A DNA stretch of 64,000 nucleotides, taken from assembly GCA_035463115.1 (NCBI GenBank), contig DATHTO010000020.1, positions 9,316 to 73,315 of the forward strand, in the 5' to 3' direction. Shown here piece by piece: positions 32,550-42,256 of this stretch (the first letter of the stretch is position 1; every line of letters starts with the position of its first letter). Below the pieces are notes generated by a model, which saw only the letters and a list, made by a program, of their open reading frames with translations, did not search any database and was not told where the DNA came from. Origin of the DNA: Actinomycetota bacterium (GTDB taxonomy: Bacteria; Actinomycetota; UBA4738; HRBIN12). The position numbers and the translations under genes are program-made.

Positions 32550-33568
32550 GCGCTCTTCCCCTCCTTCTCTCGTTCGGTCTCTGGCTCCATCGGAGGCTCC
32601 GGGTTCAGGTCGATCGCGCCGCCTGGCGACGGCGTCTCGTCGCGCACGCGGAGCTCGGCCGCCCGCGACGTGGCACGTTCCATGACCAGGTCGGTCACCG
32701 CGGCGATCGCCTGGTCGAAGCTGTAGTTCGGGATCACCGGCACCCCGTGGGACAGCGCCTGGCTCTTCACCCACCGCTGGAGCCGTCGGATGTTGTCGAA
32801 CCCGAGCTCGTAGCGCTGGGCGGGGCGGGATGCGACGGCGTCCTCGCGTGCGCCGAAGTGCGACCGGTGTCGCTCCTCGTCGTCGACGCCTATGACGAAG
32901 GGTACCGCGAGAACGCGGTGTCCGTGGGTTTCCACGTCGAAGAACCCCGGAACGATGTGCGCGCCTTCGATCACGATGCTCGTGCCCTCGTCGGCGGCGC
33001 GCTCGATCAGGGCGTCGACCCCGACCGACACCGCGGCCGTCTGCTCGCGGAACCCGAGGATCACCGCGTCACCGGCCCGCGCCGGCGCCTCGCGGAGCGC
33101 CTCGTCGGCCTGGAACGACGAGACGTGGAGCGTGGGCATCAGCTCGGGAGACAGCATCGAGCGCATCACCTCACGGATCGCATCGGTCGCGACGACGCGA
33201 ACGATCCCGAAGCGCGCGGCGAGCTGCGTGGCGATCGTCGACTTGCCGACGCCGGTCGCCCCGCCGATCAGGATCACGAGCGGAACGTCGAGCCGCTCGA
33301 CCTGTCGCCACCGCAGGAAGTTCTTCGCGTAGCGCTCGCCGGCCGTGTCGCGCAACGCGTCGACCACGACGGCGGCAAGCTCGTCGGTCGTGAGCGAGAA
33401 GCACGACGCCTCGACGAGACGGTCCTCGACCGCGTCGGCGACCTCGTACGCGCGCAGCGGAGACAGGCCGGTGACCATCACCTGCGACGCGAGGAGCCCC
33501 TTCGAGAAGGGCAGGCCGGCCTCGGGGTCGGAGATGACGATCGGCGGGGTCTTCGACGTTTCGGTCAT
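32546..33568 (-). CDS. 2-phosphoglycerate kinase-like P-loop kinase
   Basis: ILIGGATGVGKSTIATQLAARFG P-loop within a ~340-aa protein. The architecture matches archaeal 2PGK. Confidence 0.55.
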   Translation of the reverse strand: MTETSKTPPIVISDPEAGLPFSKGLLASQVMVTGLSPLRAYEVADAVEDRLVEASCFSLTTDELAAVVVDALRDTAGERYAKNFLRWRQVERLDVPLVILIGGATGVGKSTIATQLAARFGIVRVVATDAIREVMRSMLSPELMPTLHVSSFQADEALREAPARAGDAVILGFREQTAAVSVGVDALIERAADEGTSIVIEGAHIVPGFFDVETHGHRVLAVPFVIGVDDEERHRSHFGAREDAVASRPAQRYELGFDNIRRLQRWVKSQALSHGVPVIPNYSFDQAIAAVTDLVMERATSRAAELRVRDETPSPGGAIDLNPEPPMEPETEREKEGKSA

Positions 33569-33601
33569 CGGTCTGGTCGGTGGGTTCCGGGCGGCGACGC
33601 C

Positions 33602-34948
33602 TCAGCGATGGAGCGCTCGATCGTGCGCCAGCGCGAGCACGCCGCCGAGCGCCGTGTCGAGATCGGTGTCGCCGGCGACGGCGTCGGCCCGGTTGTCGAC
33701 GAACACGACGTCGGCACCACGGGCGATCGCGTGCTCCGCCGCGACGTCGATGGCGGCCGCCTTCAGCTCGGTCAGCAGCACGTCGTACGTATCGGCCCCC
33801 TCGAGGTCCTCCACCAGGCCCGCTCGGTCGGCGAGCCGCGCGCTCCATCCGACGACGCGGCATCCGTGGTCGGCCTGCAGGCGCGCGACCTGTCGGGCTG
33901 CCACGGCGCCGGGCGCCGTCGTCGTGAAGAACGCTTCCCTCCCCCGCACGTCGCCCAGTGGCACCGGATGGAAATCGGTGACGATGCATCCGGCATCGCC
34001 GAGCGCGCTACGGAGGTGGGTGGTGAGATCGGAGAGGCGTTCCGGGTCGGGAACGCTGTTGGCCATGGTAACAACCGCCAGGTCGCTCCGCAAGAGCCGG
34101 TACGGGCCCAGGTACCCCCGGACGTACTCGGGTGGCGCCGTCGCCGGCACCACGAGGACGCCGGCATCCCAATCGATCGGCGGGATCGCGGCGCCACTGC
34201 CCTCGAGCACCACCAGGCCCGGCCGGCGCGCCGCCGCGAGCGCCAGGGCATCCGGCACGTTGGTCGCGTGGGTGGCGCCGGCCAGACCGCCCGCCGCCCG
34301 CCTGGCGCCGATCGTCGCGACACCCGTCGTCAGGGCGTCCTCGAGGTAGTCCGAGGCGGCGTGCTCGCCGCTCCGGACGAGCGCGAGGAGGCGATCGAGC
34401 GTGACGGAACCGGGTTCCGCGACCTCGGGCTCCGGCGGGCCGCCCCGGCCCATCGCGACGACGACCGGTGAGAGACCGCGGCGGTCGGCGAGCCGAGCGA
34501 CCTCGCCCGCGATCGCCGTCTTCCCGGTGCGCTTGCCCGTTCCGATCACGGCGACCGTCGGCAGGCCGGGCGGCGGCGGTCGACGTTCCGGAGGTTCGAG
34601 CCGGAAGTCCGCCCCGACGTAGGGGACGCCGTTCGCGAGCGCGACGGATGCGAGCGCCAAGCGTTCGCGGTAGCCGAGGACGGGCTCGTCGGACAGATCG
34701 AGGACCACGTCGGGGCCGAGTTCCCGGATCGCGCCGTCGAGCGCGCTTCCGGCGTCGTCCCCCGTCACGCGGACGGGGACGCCGAGCTCCGGAACCTCCC
34801 CCGGCTGGACCTTCTCGGTCCCGCCCACGAGGAGCGCCAGCACGACGTCGTGGCCGCGAGCGCGCGCGACGTCGATCGCCCACCGCGTGACGGGCGGGTA
34901 ATGCTCGCCGTCGACGATCGCGAGCGTCCTCATCGAGGATCGAGGCAC
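33602..34948 (-). CDS. cyclic 2,3-diphosphoglycerate synthetase-like protein
   Basis: 448 aa with an internal P-loop VIGTGKRTGKTAI. Its size and domain order are as in methanogen CpgS. Adjacent to and co-oriented with the 2PGK-like gene. Confidence 0.45.
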   Translation of the reverse strand: MPRSSMRTLAIVDGEHYPPVTRWAIDVARARGHDVVLALLVGGTEKVQPGEVPELGVPVRVTGDDAGSALDGAIRELGPDVVLDLSDEPVLGYRERLALASVALANGVPYVGADFRLEPPERRPPPPGLPTVAVIGTGKRTGKTAIAGEVARLADRRGLSPVVVAMGRGGPPEPEVAEPGSVTLDRLLALVRSGEHAASDYLEDALTTGVATIGARRAAGGLAGATHATNVPDALALAAARRPGLVVLEGSGAAIPPIDWDAGVLVVPATAPPEYVRGYLGPYRLLRSDLAVVTMANSVPDPERLSDLTTHLRSALGDAGCIVTDFHPVPLGDVRGREAFFTTTAPGAVAARQVARLQADHGCRVVGWSARLADRAGLVEDLEGADTYDVLLTELKAAAIDVAAEHAIARGADVVFVDNRADAVAGDTDLDTALGGVLALAHDRALHR

Positions 34949-34997
34949 GAGGGAGCCGCCGACGCCGGCCGGGGGCCGCGCGGTCGCATCCGCGCCG

Positions 34998-35828
34998 CTA
35001 CCGTTCGTCGACCGCGAGCGCGCGTTCGCGGTCGACGGGGCCCCCGGGTTCGACGGAGGGCTCCTGGACCGGCGGCTCGCGGTGTCGCTGGCCGCTTTCG
35101 AACAGCGAGAACCGCGCCATCACGTGCTCCTCGCCGAACGGGAACTTGCGACGGATCTCGACCGCGTCCCCGTCGAACGTGAGGACGTTGTAGCAAGGCT
35201 TCGTGTAGCCGCGCAGGCGCAGCGACGACACCGTCCCGGCGTTCGCGATGAAGGTGTCCTCGAGCCGCCACACGTACGGGACGTGCTTGTGGCCCGACAG
35301 GACGACCTGCACGCCCGCGTGGATCAGGACCTCCAGCAGGTCGCCCGCATCCATCACCGTGCTCCGCTCGCGACCGGTGCCGGGGATCGGGAGGAGGTGG
35401 TGGTGCAGGACGAACACCTTGAGGGCGGCCGGATGGCGGAACTGCTCCGCGATCCAGGGATAGTTCGCGCGGCCGACCTTGCCTTCGTTCAGATCGGGCT
35501 CGCTCGAATCGACACCGACGAGGCGGACGTCGCCGACGTCGACCGACCACGCTCGTGGACCGATCAGCTCCTCGAAGTGGAGGTAGCCGACGTTGCGGGA
35601 GTCGTGGTTGCCGGGAACGGTATGCACCGGCGCGTCGAGGCGCTCCACGTAGGCCAGCCAGTTCTTGTACTCCTGGCGGAACCCCTCGGCGGTGAGATCG
35701 CCCGAGACGACGACGACGTCGGGAGCGAGCTCGTTCAGCTCCTTGATGACGCGGTTCATGAGGTTCGGCACGAAGTAAGGCGATCCGACGTGCGGATCCG
35801 AGATGTGGGCGATCGTGACCACCGGCAC
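34998..35828 (-). CDS. calcineurin-like metallophosphoesterase
   Basis: GDxHG/GDLT/GNHD/GHKH motifs (ISDPHVG, VVVSGDLT, PGNHD, SGHKHV). GTG start. Confidence 0.7.
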   Translation of the reverse strand: MPVVTIAHISDPHVGSPYFVPNLMNRVIKELNELAPDVVVVSGDLTAEGFRQEYKNWLAYVERLDAPVHTVPGNHDSRNVGYLHFEELIGPRAWSVDVGDVRLVGVDSSEPDLNEGKVGRANYPWIAEQFRHPAALKVFVLHHHLLPIPGTGRERSTVMDAGDLLEVLIHAGVQVVLSGHKHVPYVWRLEDTFIANAGTVSSLRLRGYTKPCYNVLTFDGDAVEIRRKFPFGEEHVMARFSLFESGQRHREPPVQEPSVEPGGPVDRERALAVDER

Positions 35829-35853
35829 GAGTCTAGTCGTCGGCCATCTTCTG

Positions 35854-35904
35854 CCCCTCTGGCCGCCCCCTCTGGCCGCCTCCTCTGGCCGCTCCCTCTG
35901 GGGG
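35854..35904. repeat. 4 tandem copies of a 13-bp unit (C)CCCTCTGGCCGC in the divergent intergenic region
   Basis: Read directly from the sequence. CTCTGG recurs at 35857, 35870, 35883 and 35896 (period 13). Confidence 0.75.
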
Positions 35905-35920
35905 TGCCATCGCGATCGGC

Positions 35921-37117
35921 GTGGGACGATGGATCGTCGTGTCGATCCTCGACGTCTTCCTCCTCGCGCTCCTGGTCCTCACGGCCGTCGGTGGCTATCG
36001 ACGCGGCGCCCTCCGGCAGGTCTTCGGGCTGGCCGGCGTCACCGCCGGGGTCGGCATCGGTCTCCTCCTCGGTCCGTCGCTCGGCGAGAGCGCGTCGGAT
36101 CCCCTCGCACGCGTGGCCATCGTGCTCGGCGTCGTCGTCGTCGCGGCGTGCGCGGGGAACGTCGCGGGCTACCTGGTCGCCGGTCGCGTCCGGAAACGGC
36201 TCGAGCCCCAGGGCGCGGCGGCCGTCGCCGACCGGGTGGTCGGCGTCGGGATCTCGGTCGTCGCCATGGTGCTCGCGGTCTGGTTCCTCGCGTTGAACCT
36301 CGCGAACGGACCGCTGCCGACGGTCGCGCGGAGCATCCGGGACTCGCGGCTCGTGGCCGCGATGGCCCAGGCGCTTCCGGCGCCGCCGCCGCTCGTTCCG
36401 CAGCTCGAGCGGTTCGCCGACGCGCTGGGGTTCCCCGACGTCTTCGTCGGCCTCCCGTCGTCGGGGGAGCCGGCCGAGCTCCCGTCGAGCGGCACGGTTC
36501 GCGCCGCGGCCGCGGCGGCCTCGCGGAGCACCGTGCAGGTCTTCGGGGACGGGTGCGCCGCCGGCTACCTGAACGAAGGCTCCGGGTTCGTCGCCGAGCC
36601 GGGACTCGTGGTCACGAACGCCCACGTGGTCGCCGGGACGGCGGAGGTCTCGGTGCGACCGGACGGGCAAGCCTCGCTCGAGGCGACGGTGGTCGCGTTC
36701 GACCCTCGGATGGACCTGGCCGTGATCCGGGTGCCGGAGCTCACGGCACCGCCTCTTCCGCTCGAGACGGCCGAACAGCCGCGTGGGACCGGAGGCGCCG
36801 TGCTGGGCTACCCGGGGAGCGAGCCGCTCGTCGTCGTGCCCGCGGCGGTCCGACGCGCGTTCGAGCCGACCGGGCGGGACATCTACGGTCGCGGCGAGGT
36901 CGAGCGACGTCTGTACGAGCTCGACGCCACCGTCCGCGGCGGGAACAGCGGCGGACCGTTCGTGCTTCGGGACGGGCGGGTGGCGGGCGTCGTGTTCGCG
37001 AACTCCGTCCTCGACGACCACGTCGGATACGCGATCGCGGCGTCGGAGGTGCTGCCGATCCTCGACGCCGCACGGACGCTCACGGCGCAGGCCGGCGTGG
37101 GCAGCTGCGCCCCGTAG
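35921..37117 (+). CDS. MarP-like membrane serine protease (CvpA-type 4-TM domain + trypsin-like protease domain)
   Basis: N-terminal 4 TM segments. C-terminal TNAHVV (His), D, and GNSGGP (Ser) catalytic triad motifs. GTG start. Confidence 0.7.
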   Translation: MGRWIVVSILDVFLLALLVLTAVGGYRRGALRQVFGLAGVTAGVGIGLLLGPSLGESASDPLARVAIVLGVVVVAACAGNVAGYLVAGRVRKRLEPQGAAAVADRVVGVGISVVAMVLAVWFLALNLANGPLPTVARSIRDSRLVAAMAQALPAPPPLVPQLERFADALGFPDVFVGLPSSGEPAELPSSGTVRAAAAAASRSTVQVFGDGCAAGYLNEGSGFVAEPGLVVTNAHVVAGTAEVSVRPDGQASLEATVVAFDPRMDLAVIRVPELTAPPLPLETAEQPRGTGGAVLGYPGSEPLVVVPAAVRRAFEPTGRDIYGRGEVERRLYELDATVRGGNSGGPFVLRDGRVAGVVFANSVLDDHVGYAIAASEVLPILDAARTLTAQAGVGSCAP

Positions 37118-37120
37118 GGG

Positions 37121-37999
37121 TCAGCGCTCGGACGCGTCGAACCCGCGCGAGCGTGTCCCGGGCGTGAGGATCCGCCACGTCGTCGGGAGCTCGAGCGTCT
37201 CGTGGTCGAGCGCTGCTCCGTCGGGTGGGAACGCGAGCAGGGAGGGCCCGGCCCCCGAGACGCACACGGGCACGTGTCGTCGCGCGATGTCGTCGAAGAC
37301 CTCGGCGGCGTCCGGCGCGAGCGCCAGTCTGGCCTCCTGGTGCAGCCGGTCGCGGAGCGCGATCCGGAGCAGTGACGGGTCGCGCGTGACGGCCTCCACG
37401 ACGAGCGCGGCGTGCGCGGCGTTGTACACGGCGTCGGCGCGGGGCACGGGGTCCGGCAACGCGGCCCGGGCTTCGTCGGTCGGAAGGGCGAACGGCGGCA
37501 CGATGACGACCGGCCGCAGATCTGGGTGTGGCTCGAACCGGCGCACCGTTCCGTCGGGGAGCGCGACCGTGAAACCGCCGAACGTGGCGGCGGCCACGTT
37601 GTCGGGATGTCCCTCGAGCTCCGCCGCGAGCGCGAACACCGACGAGGCATCCCCTCCCTCGAGGCCGAGGTCGAGGGCGCGCGACGCGATCACGACGCCG
37701 GCGACGATCGCGGCCGACGACGAACCGAGACCGCGACCGAGGGGGATGCGGTTGCGACCGCGGACCGCGAGCGACGGCGGCTCGAGCCGCATGCGGTCGG
37801 CGATCGTCGCGATCGTCCGGCTCACGAGGTCCGATCCGTCGGTCGGGAGCTCTGCCGCTCCCTCGCCCTCCCACGCGATCGCCGTATCCGCGCCGGTGTC
37901 GACGACCACCTCGTTGCAGAGGTCGAGCGCCAGGCCGAACGAGTCGAACCCGGGTCCGAGGTTCGCCGACGTCGCCGGAACACGGACCTCGAACCGCAT
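37121..37999 (-). CDS. thrB: homoserine kinase
   Basis: GHMP kinase motif PLGRGLGSSSAA. Follows thrC. Confidence 0.9.
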   Translation of the reverse strand: MRFEVRVPATSANLGPGFDSFGLALDLCNEVVVDTGADTAIAWEGEGAAELPTDGSDLVSRTIATIADRMRLEPPSLAVRGRNRIPLGRGLGSSSAAIVAGVVIASRALDLGLEGGDASSVFALAAELEGHPDNVAAATFGGFTVALPDGTVRRFEPHPDLRPVVIVPPFALPTDEARAALPDPVPRADAVYNAAHAALVVEAVTRDPSLLRIALRDRLHQEARLALAPDAAEVFDDIARRHVPVCVSGAGPSLLAFPPDGAALDHETLELPTTWRILTPGTRSRGFDASER

Positions 38000-38004
38000 C
38001 GCGC

Positions 38005-39093
38005 TCAGAGCCCGAGTTCCGCGGCCACGACCGAGGCGTCGGGCGGAACGACCGCGGGATGCGCGGCGCCGGCGATCGCCCACTCCGGGTCCTTCAGACC
38101 GTGGCCCGTGAGGATGCAGACGATCGTCTGCCCGGCCTCGAGCAGCCCCTCGGCGTGGAGGCGCAGCAGACCGGCGACGCTCGCGGCGCTCGCCGGCTCG
38201 ACGAACAACCCCTCGCGCGCGACCCGCCGGTACGCGGCGAGGATCTCGCGATCGGTCACCGCCATGATCGCGCCCTCGGACTCCGACGCGGCGGACGTCG
38301 CCTTCTCCCAGGAGGCGGGGTTGCCGATCCTGATCGCGGTCGCGATCGTCTGCGGGCTGGCGACGGGCGCGCCGGCGACGAGCGGCGCGGCGCCGGCGGC
38401 CTGGAAGCCGAACAGCCGGGGCGGCTCGTGGATCACGCCGTCGGCCAGGTACTCGCCGTACCCGATCCAGTGGCTCGAGATGTTCCCGGCGTTGCCGACC
38501 GGCACGCAGTGCAGATCGGGGGCGCGCCCCAGCGCGTCGACGATCTCGAACGCACACGTCTTCTGTCCCTGGAGCCGGAACGGGTTCACGCTGTTCACGA
38601 GGGTGACCGGGAAGTGCTCGGCGAGGTCGCGCGCGAGCGTGAGCGACGCGTCGAAGTTCCCGTCGACCTCCAGCACCCGCGCGCCGTGCACGAGCGTCTG
38701 GGCCATCTTGCCGAGCGCGACCTTGCCCTTGGGCACGAGCACGGCGCACGTGAGGCCGGCCTTCGCGGCGTAGGCCGCAGCCGCCGCGCTCGTGTTGCCG
38801 GTCGAGGCGCACACGACCGCCTTCGCGCCCTCCTCCACCGCCTTCGAGATCGCGAGGGTCATCCCGCGGTCCTTGAACGACCCCGTCGGATTGGCGCCGT
38901 CGTACTTCAGCCACACGTCGCAGCGGGTCTCGGTCGACAGCGGGCCGCTCCGCACGAGCGGCGTGCCGCCTTCGCCGAGGGTGATCACCGGCGTCGCGTC
39001 GCTCACCGGCAGCCGCTCGCGGTACTCCGCGATCACCCCGCGCCACGGCGGCGCGCCGGAGGGCGCATCGCCCATCGGCGGTTCGACGCTCAC
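38005..39093 (-). CDS. thrC: threonine synthase
   Basis: PLP-lysine motif GSFKDRG. The GTG at 39093 overlaps the hom TGA. An alternative ATG lies at 39075. Confidence 0.9.
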   Translation of the reverse strand: MSVEPPMGDAPSGAPPWRGVIAEYRERLPVSDATPVITLGEGGTPLVRSGPLSTETRCDVWLKYDGANPTGSFKDRGMTLAISKAVEEGAKAVVCASTGNTSAAAAAYAAKAGLTCAVLVPKGKVALGKMAQTLVHGARVLEVDGNFDASLTLARDLAEHFPVTLVNSVNPFRLQGQKTCAFEIVDALGRAPDLHCVPVGNAGNISSHWIGYGEYLADGVIHEPPRLFGFQAAGAAPLVAGAPVASPQTIATAIRIGNPASWEKATSAASESEGAIMAVTDREILAAYRRVAREGLFVEPASAASVAGLLRLHAEGLLEAGQTIVCILTGHGLKDPEWAIAGAAHPAVVPPDASVVAAELGL

Positions 39094-40406
39094 CCTTCCT
39101 CGCCTTCGACCCGCAGGACGCTGGCGACGTCGCGGACGGCCTCGAGCTCGCGGACCTCCTCGATCGTCTTCTGGAACGCGCCCTCCTGCGCTCGGTGAGT
39201 GATGAACACGAGCGTGGCTTCCTCGCCGGCGCCCTCCTGCCACACGCGTTCGATCGACACGCCGTTGCGGCCGAACCGCTCGGCGATCTCGGCGAGCACG
39301 CCGGGACGATCCTCGACGTGCAGGTTCAGGTAGTACTGCCCGCGGGTGTCGCCCATGGGCCTGATGCGTCGGTCGCGCGCGTCGGTGGACGCGATCGACC
39401 GGCCGCCGTGCACGAGGTGTCGCGCCACGGCGATCACGTCACCGGCGACCGCCGTTGCGGTCGCGTCGCCGCCGGCGCCGCGCCCGTAGAACATCAGCTG
39501 TCCGATCCGCGGCCCTTCGACGAAGACGGCGTTGAACGCGTCGCGGACCGACGCGAGCGGATGCGCGGTGGGGATCATCGCGGGGTGAACGCGGACCGAG
39601 ATCGCGTCGTCCTGGAGCTCCGCGATCGCGAGCAGCTTCACGACGTATCCCAACCGATCGGCATCGGCGATGTCCTGGGCCGTCAGGCGCGTGATGCCCT
39701 CGCGGTAGACATCGTCGATCGTCACGCTCGTGTCGAACGCGAGCGACGCGAGGATCGCGCACTTCGCCGCCGCGTCGACCCCGTCGACGTCGGCCGTGGG
39801 GTCGGCCTCGGCGTAGCCGAGCCGCTGGGCTTCCGCCAGCGCTCCGTCGAACGACCATCCGTGCTCGGACATCTGCGTGAGGATGAAGTTGGTCGTCCCG
39901 TTCACGATCCCGAGGAGCCGCTCCACCCGCTCGCCCGCGAGCGACGAGCGCAGCGGTCGGATCAGCGGGATGCCGCCAGCCACCGCGGCTTCGAACGCGA
40001 GATCGAGCCCCGCGGCGTCGGCGGCGGCGAAGAGCTCCGCGCCGTGCGTCGCGAGGAGCTCCTTGTTCCCGGTCACGACCGGTTTGCCGTTGGCCAACGC
40101 CTGGAGGATGAGCGACCGGGCCGGCACGGTTCCGCCGATCAGCTCGACGACGACATCGGTGCCGGGGTCGTCGACGACGAGGCGGCCATCCTCGACGAAG
40201 GCCTCGGCCGGCAGCGGCACGTCGCGCACCTTCGCGCGATCGCGCACCGCGACCCGGTGCACCTCGATCCGGACGCCGGCGCGGCGTGCGATGTCGTCGG
40301 CGTTCGCTCCGAGCAGACGGATCAGCGCCGCACCGACGTTGCCGGCGCCCAGCACGCCGACACGCACCACGCGGTCGCCGGCCGCGCGTTCGCCGATCCG
40401 CGTCAT
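39090..40406 (-). CDS. hom: homoserine dehydrogenase (with C-terminal ACT domain)
   Basis: NAD motif [10 protein letters not shown], catalytic region, and ACT domain. ATGA overlap with the lysA stop. Confidence 0.9.
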   Translation of the reverse strand: MTRIGERAAGDRVVRVGVLGAGNVGAALIRLLGANADDIARRAGVRIEVHRVAVRDRAKVRDVPLPAEAFVEDGRLVVDDPGTDVVVELIGGTVPARSLILQALANGKPVVTGNKELLATHGAELFAAADAAGLDLAFEAAVAGGIPLIRPLRSSLAGERVERLLGIVNGTTNFILTQMSEHGWSFDGALAEAQRLGYAEADPTADVDGVDAAAKCAILASLAFDTSVTIDDVYREGITRLTAQDIADADRLGYVVKLLAIAELQDDAISVRVHPAMIPTAHPLASVRDAFNAVFVEGPRIGQLMFYGRGAGGDATATAVAGDVIAVARHLVHGGRSIASTDARDRRIRPMGDTRGQYYLNLHVEDRPGVLAEIAERFGRNGVSIERVWQEGAGEEATLVFITHRAQEGAFQKTIEEVRELEAVRDVASVLRVEGEEG

Positions 40407-42256
40407 CGTCGGTCCCCCACCCAGCGCGCCATCAGGATCTCGTCCTCGTAACCGTAGGTCTTCCGAGACTGCCCTGACAGCCGCCCCTCCTCGACGAACC
40501 CGAAGCGGCGGTACATCGCGATCGCGCGTCGGTTCGAGGGGTAGACCGACAGGACGAGCTTGCCGACGTCGGCGGCCCGTGCCCACCGCACCGCTTCGGC
40601 CAGCAGGGCGGTGCCCACGCCGCCGCCGCGACGGTCTTCGGCGACCACGACCGCGAGCGTCGCGACGTGACGCGTCGCGGGATGCCGCTCCCGCGTGAGA
40701 CCGAGATGACCGATCACGCGACCGTCGGCCACGGCGACGAGCTCGACCCCGTCGTCGCCGACGGCACGTGCGAACCGCCGGCGCCACGTCCGCACGGGCT
40801 GCGTCACGTCGTCGCTGCGCACCCAGCGCCCCTCCGCGATCACGGCACGCCACAGGTCGAGCGCGGCGGCGGCATCGCGCGGCGATGCGCGCCTCACCGA
40901 GACGCCGAGCGGCGCGATCGCCTCGTCGGCGTCGCTCCGAGCGGCGGCCACCTCGAGACGGTCGAGATCGGCGGCGTCTTCGCGCCGGAGCCACCGCTCG
41001 ACGTCGCCGCCGCGGACCGCGACCACCGCCGGCCTGCCCACCCGGTTGTAGCCGGAAGCGAGCGAATAGCCGTACGCGCCAGTCGCGGCGAACGCGACGA
41101 CGTCACCGGGCGCGAGGTCCGACGGGACGGCCACGCGTTCGGCGAGGACGTCGCCCGACTCGCAGTGACGACCGACGATCGCGACGTCGATCGTCGGCGA
41201 GGCGTGCGTCCGCACGGGCGTGACCGAGTACGCCGCGTCGTAGAGCATCGGACGGAGGTTGTCCGACATCCCGCCGTCGACCGCGACGAGCGTCCGTCCG
41301 CCGACGCGCTTCGTGCCGACGACGGTGTACAGCGTGACCGCGGCGTTCGCGACGAGCGATCGACCGGGCTCGACCATCAGCGTCGGCACCGCGATCGCGG
41401 CGTCGTGCGCGAGCGCGTCCAGGCGATCGGCGAGCGTGGGTGCGAGCGCGACCGGGTCCACCGGACGCTCGTCGACGTACGTGACCCCGAAGCCGCCACC
41501 GACGTCGACGATCTCGGTCTCGCTCCCGATCGCGGCGCGGACGTCTCCGGCGAGGCCGACGACCGCGTCGAGGACGCGGACGTACGGGTCGACGTCGAGG
41601 ACCTGCGACCCCGCGTGCGCGTGGAGCCCCGCGTAGCGGACGTGTCGCAGGTTCGCGGCCTCCCGGAGCACATCGGTCACCGACGCGCGCGGCGTGCCGA
41701 ACTTCGACACCTCGTGACCCGTGGCGATCGCCTCGTGCGTGTCGACGAGGACCTCGGGGATCACGCGGAGCAGGAACCGCTGCGCCACCCTGCTGCCCGC
41801 CGCGATCGCGTCGAGCCGACGGAGCTCGTCGATGCCGTCGACGATCATGAGCCCGAGGCCTGCCTCGACGGCGAGGGCCAGCTCGGCATCGGTCTTCGCG
41901 TTCCCGTGCAGCAAGACCCGGGAGCCACGCGCGCCGGCGCGCATGCACGCCTCGACCTCACCGCCGCTCGCGCACAGCAGGTCCAGCCCCGCGTCGAGCG
42001 CGAGCCGGATCACGGCATGCGCGGTGAACGCCTTCACGGCGTACGCCGCGCGGTCGTACGCGCGGGCGACGGAGCGCATCCGCTCGGCGATCTCGTCGGC
42101 GTCGACCACGATCGTCGGCGTGCCGTGGTTGGCGGCGAGGTCGGCGGCGGAGATCCCCCCGATCGCGAGCCCGTCGTCGCCCCAGGCGGCGTTCCGGGGC
42201 CAGGGCGACGGGGCCGACGATGCGTCCGACGGCGGTTCCGGCGCGGGCTCAGCCAT
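40403..42256 (-). CDS. lysA: diaminopimelate decarboxylase fused to a C-terminal GNAT acetyltransferase domain
   Basis: The N-terminal ~440 aa are LysA (PLP fold, CESGD, GAYGYS). The C-terminal ~170 aa are GNAT (RGGGVGTALL motif A, YRRFGF). One uninterrupted 617-aa frame. Confidence 0.85.
   Translation of the reverse strand: MAEPAPEPPSDASSAPSPWPRNAAWGDDGLAIGGISAADLAANHGTPTIVVDADEIAERMRSVARAYDRAAYAVKAFTAHAVIRLALDAGLDLLCASGGEVEACMRAGARGSRVLLHGNAKTDAELALAVEAGLGLMIVDGIDELRRLDAIAAGSRVAQRFLLRVIPEVLVDTHEAIATGHEVSKFGTPRASVTDVLREAANLRHVRYAGLHAHAGSQVLDVDPYVRVLDAVVGLAGDVRAAIGSETEIVDVGGGFGVTYVDERPVDPVALAPTLADRLDALAHDAAIAVPTLMVEPGRSLVANAAVTLYTVVGTKRVGGRTLVAVDGGMSDNLRPMLYDAAYSVTPVRTHASPTIDVAIVGRHCESGDVLAERVAVPSDLAPGDVVAFAATGAYGYSLASGYNRVGRPAVVAVRGGDVERWLRREDAADLDRLEVAAARSDADEAIAPLGVSVRRASPRDAAAALDLWRAVIAEGRWVRSDDVTQPVRTWRRRFARAVGDDGVELVAVADGRVIGHLGLTRERHPATRHVATLAVVVAEDRRGGGVGTALLAEAVRWARAADVGKLVLSVYPSNRRAIAMYRRFGFVEEGRLSGQSRKTYGYEDEILMARWVGDRR

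Noticed and set aside
28900-35910. Short tandem repeats as a CRISPR array: the DUF1385 tail repeats, the Rho RD-insert repeats at ~31440-31600, and the 13-bp iterons.
   Set aside because: Units are 13-30 bp with at most 4 copies, lie inside coding sequence or a 92-bp promoter region, have no unique spacers of CRISPR size, and no cas genes are present.
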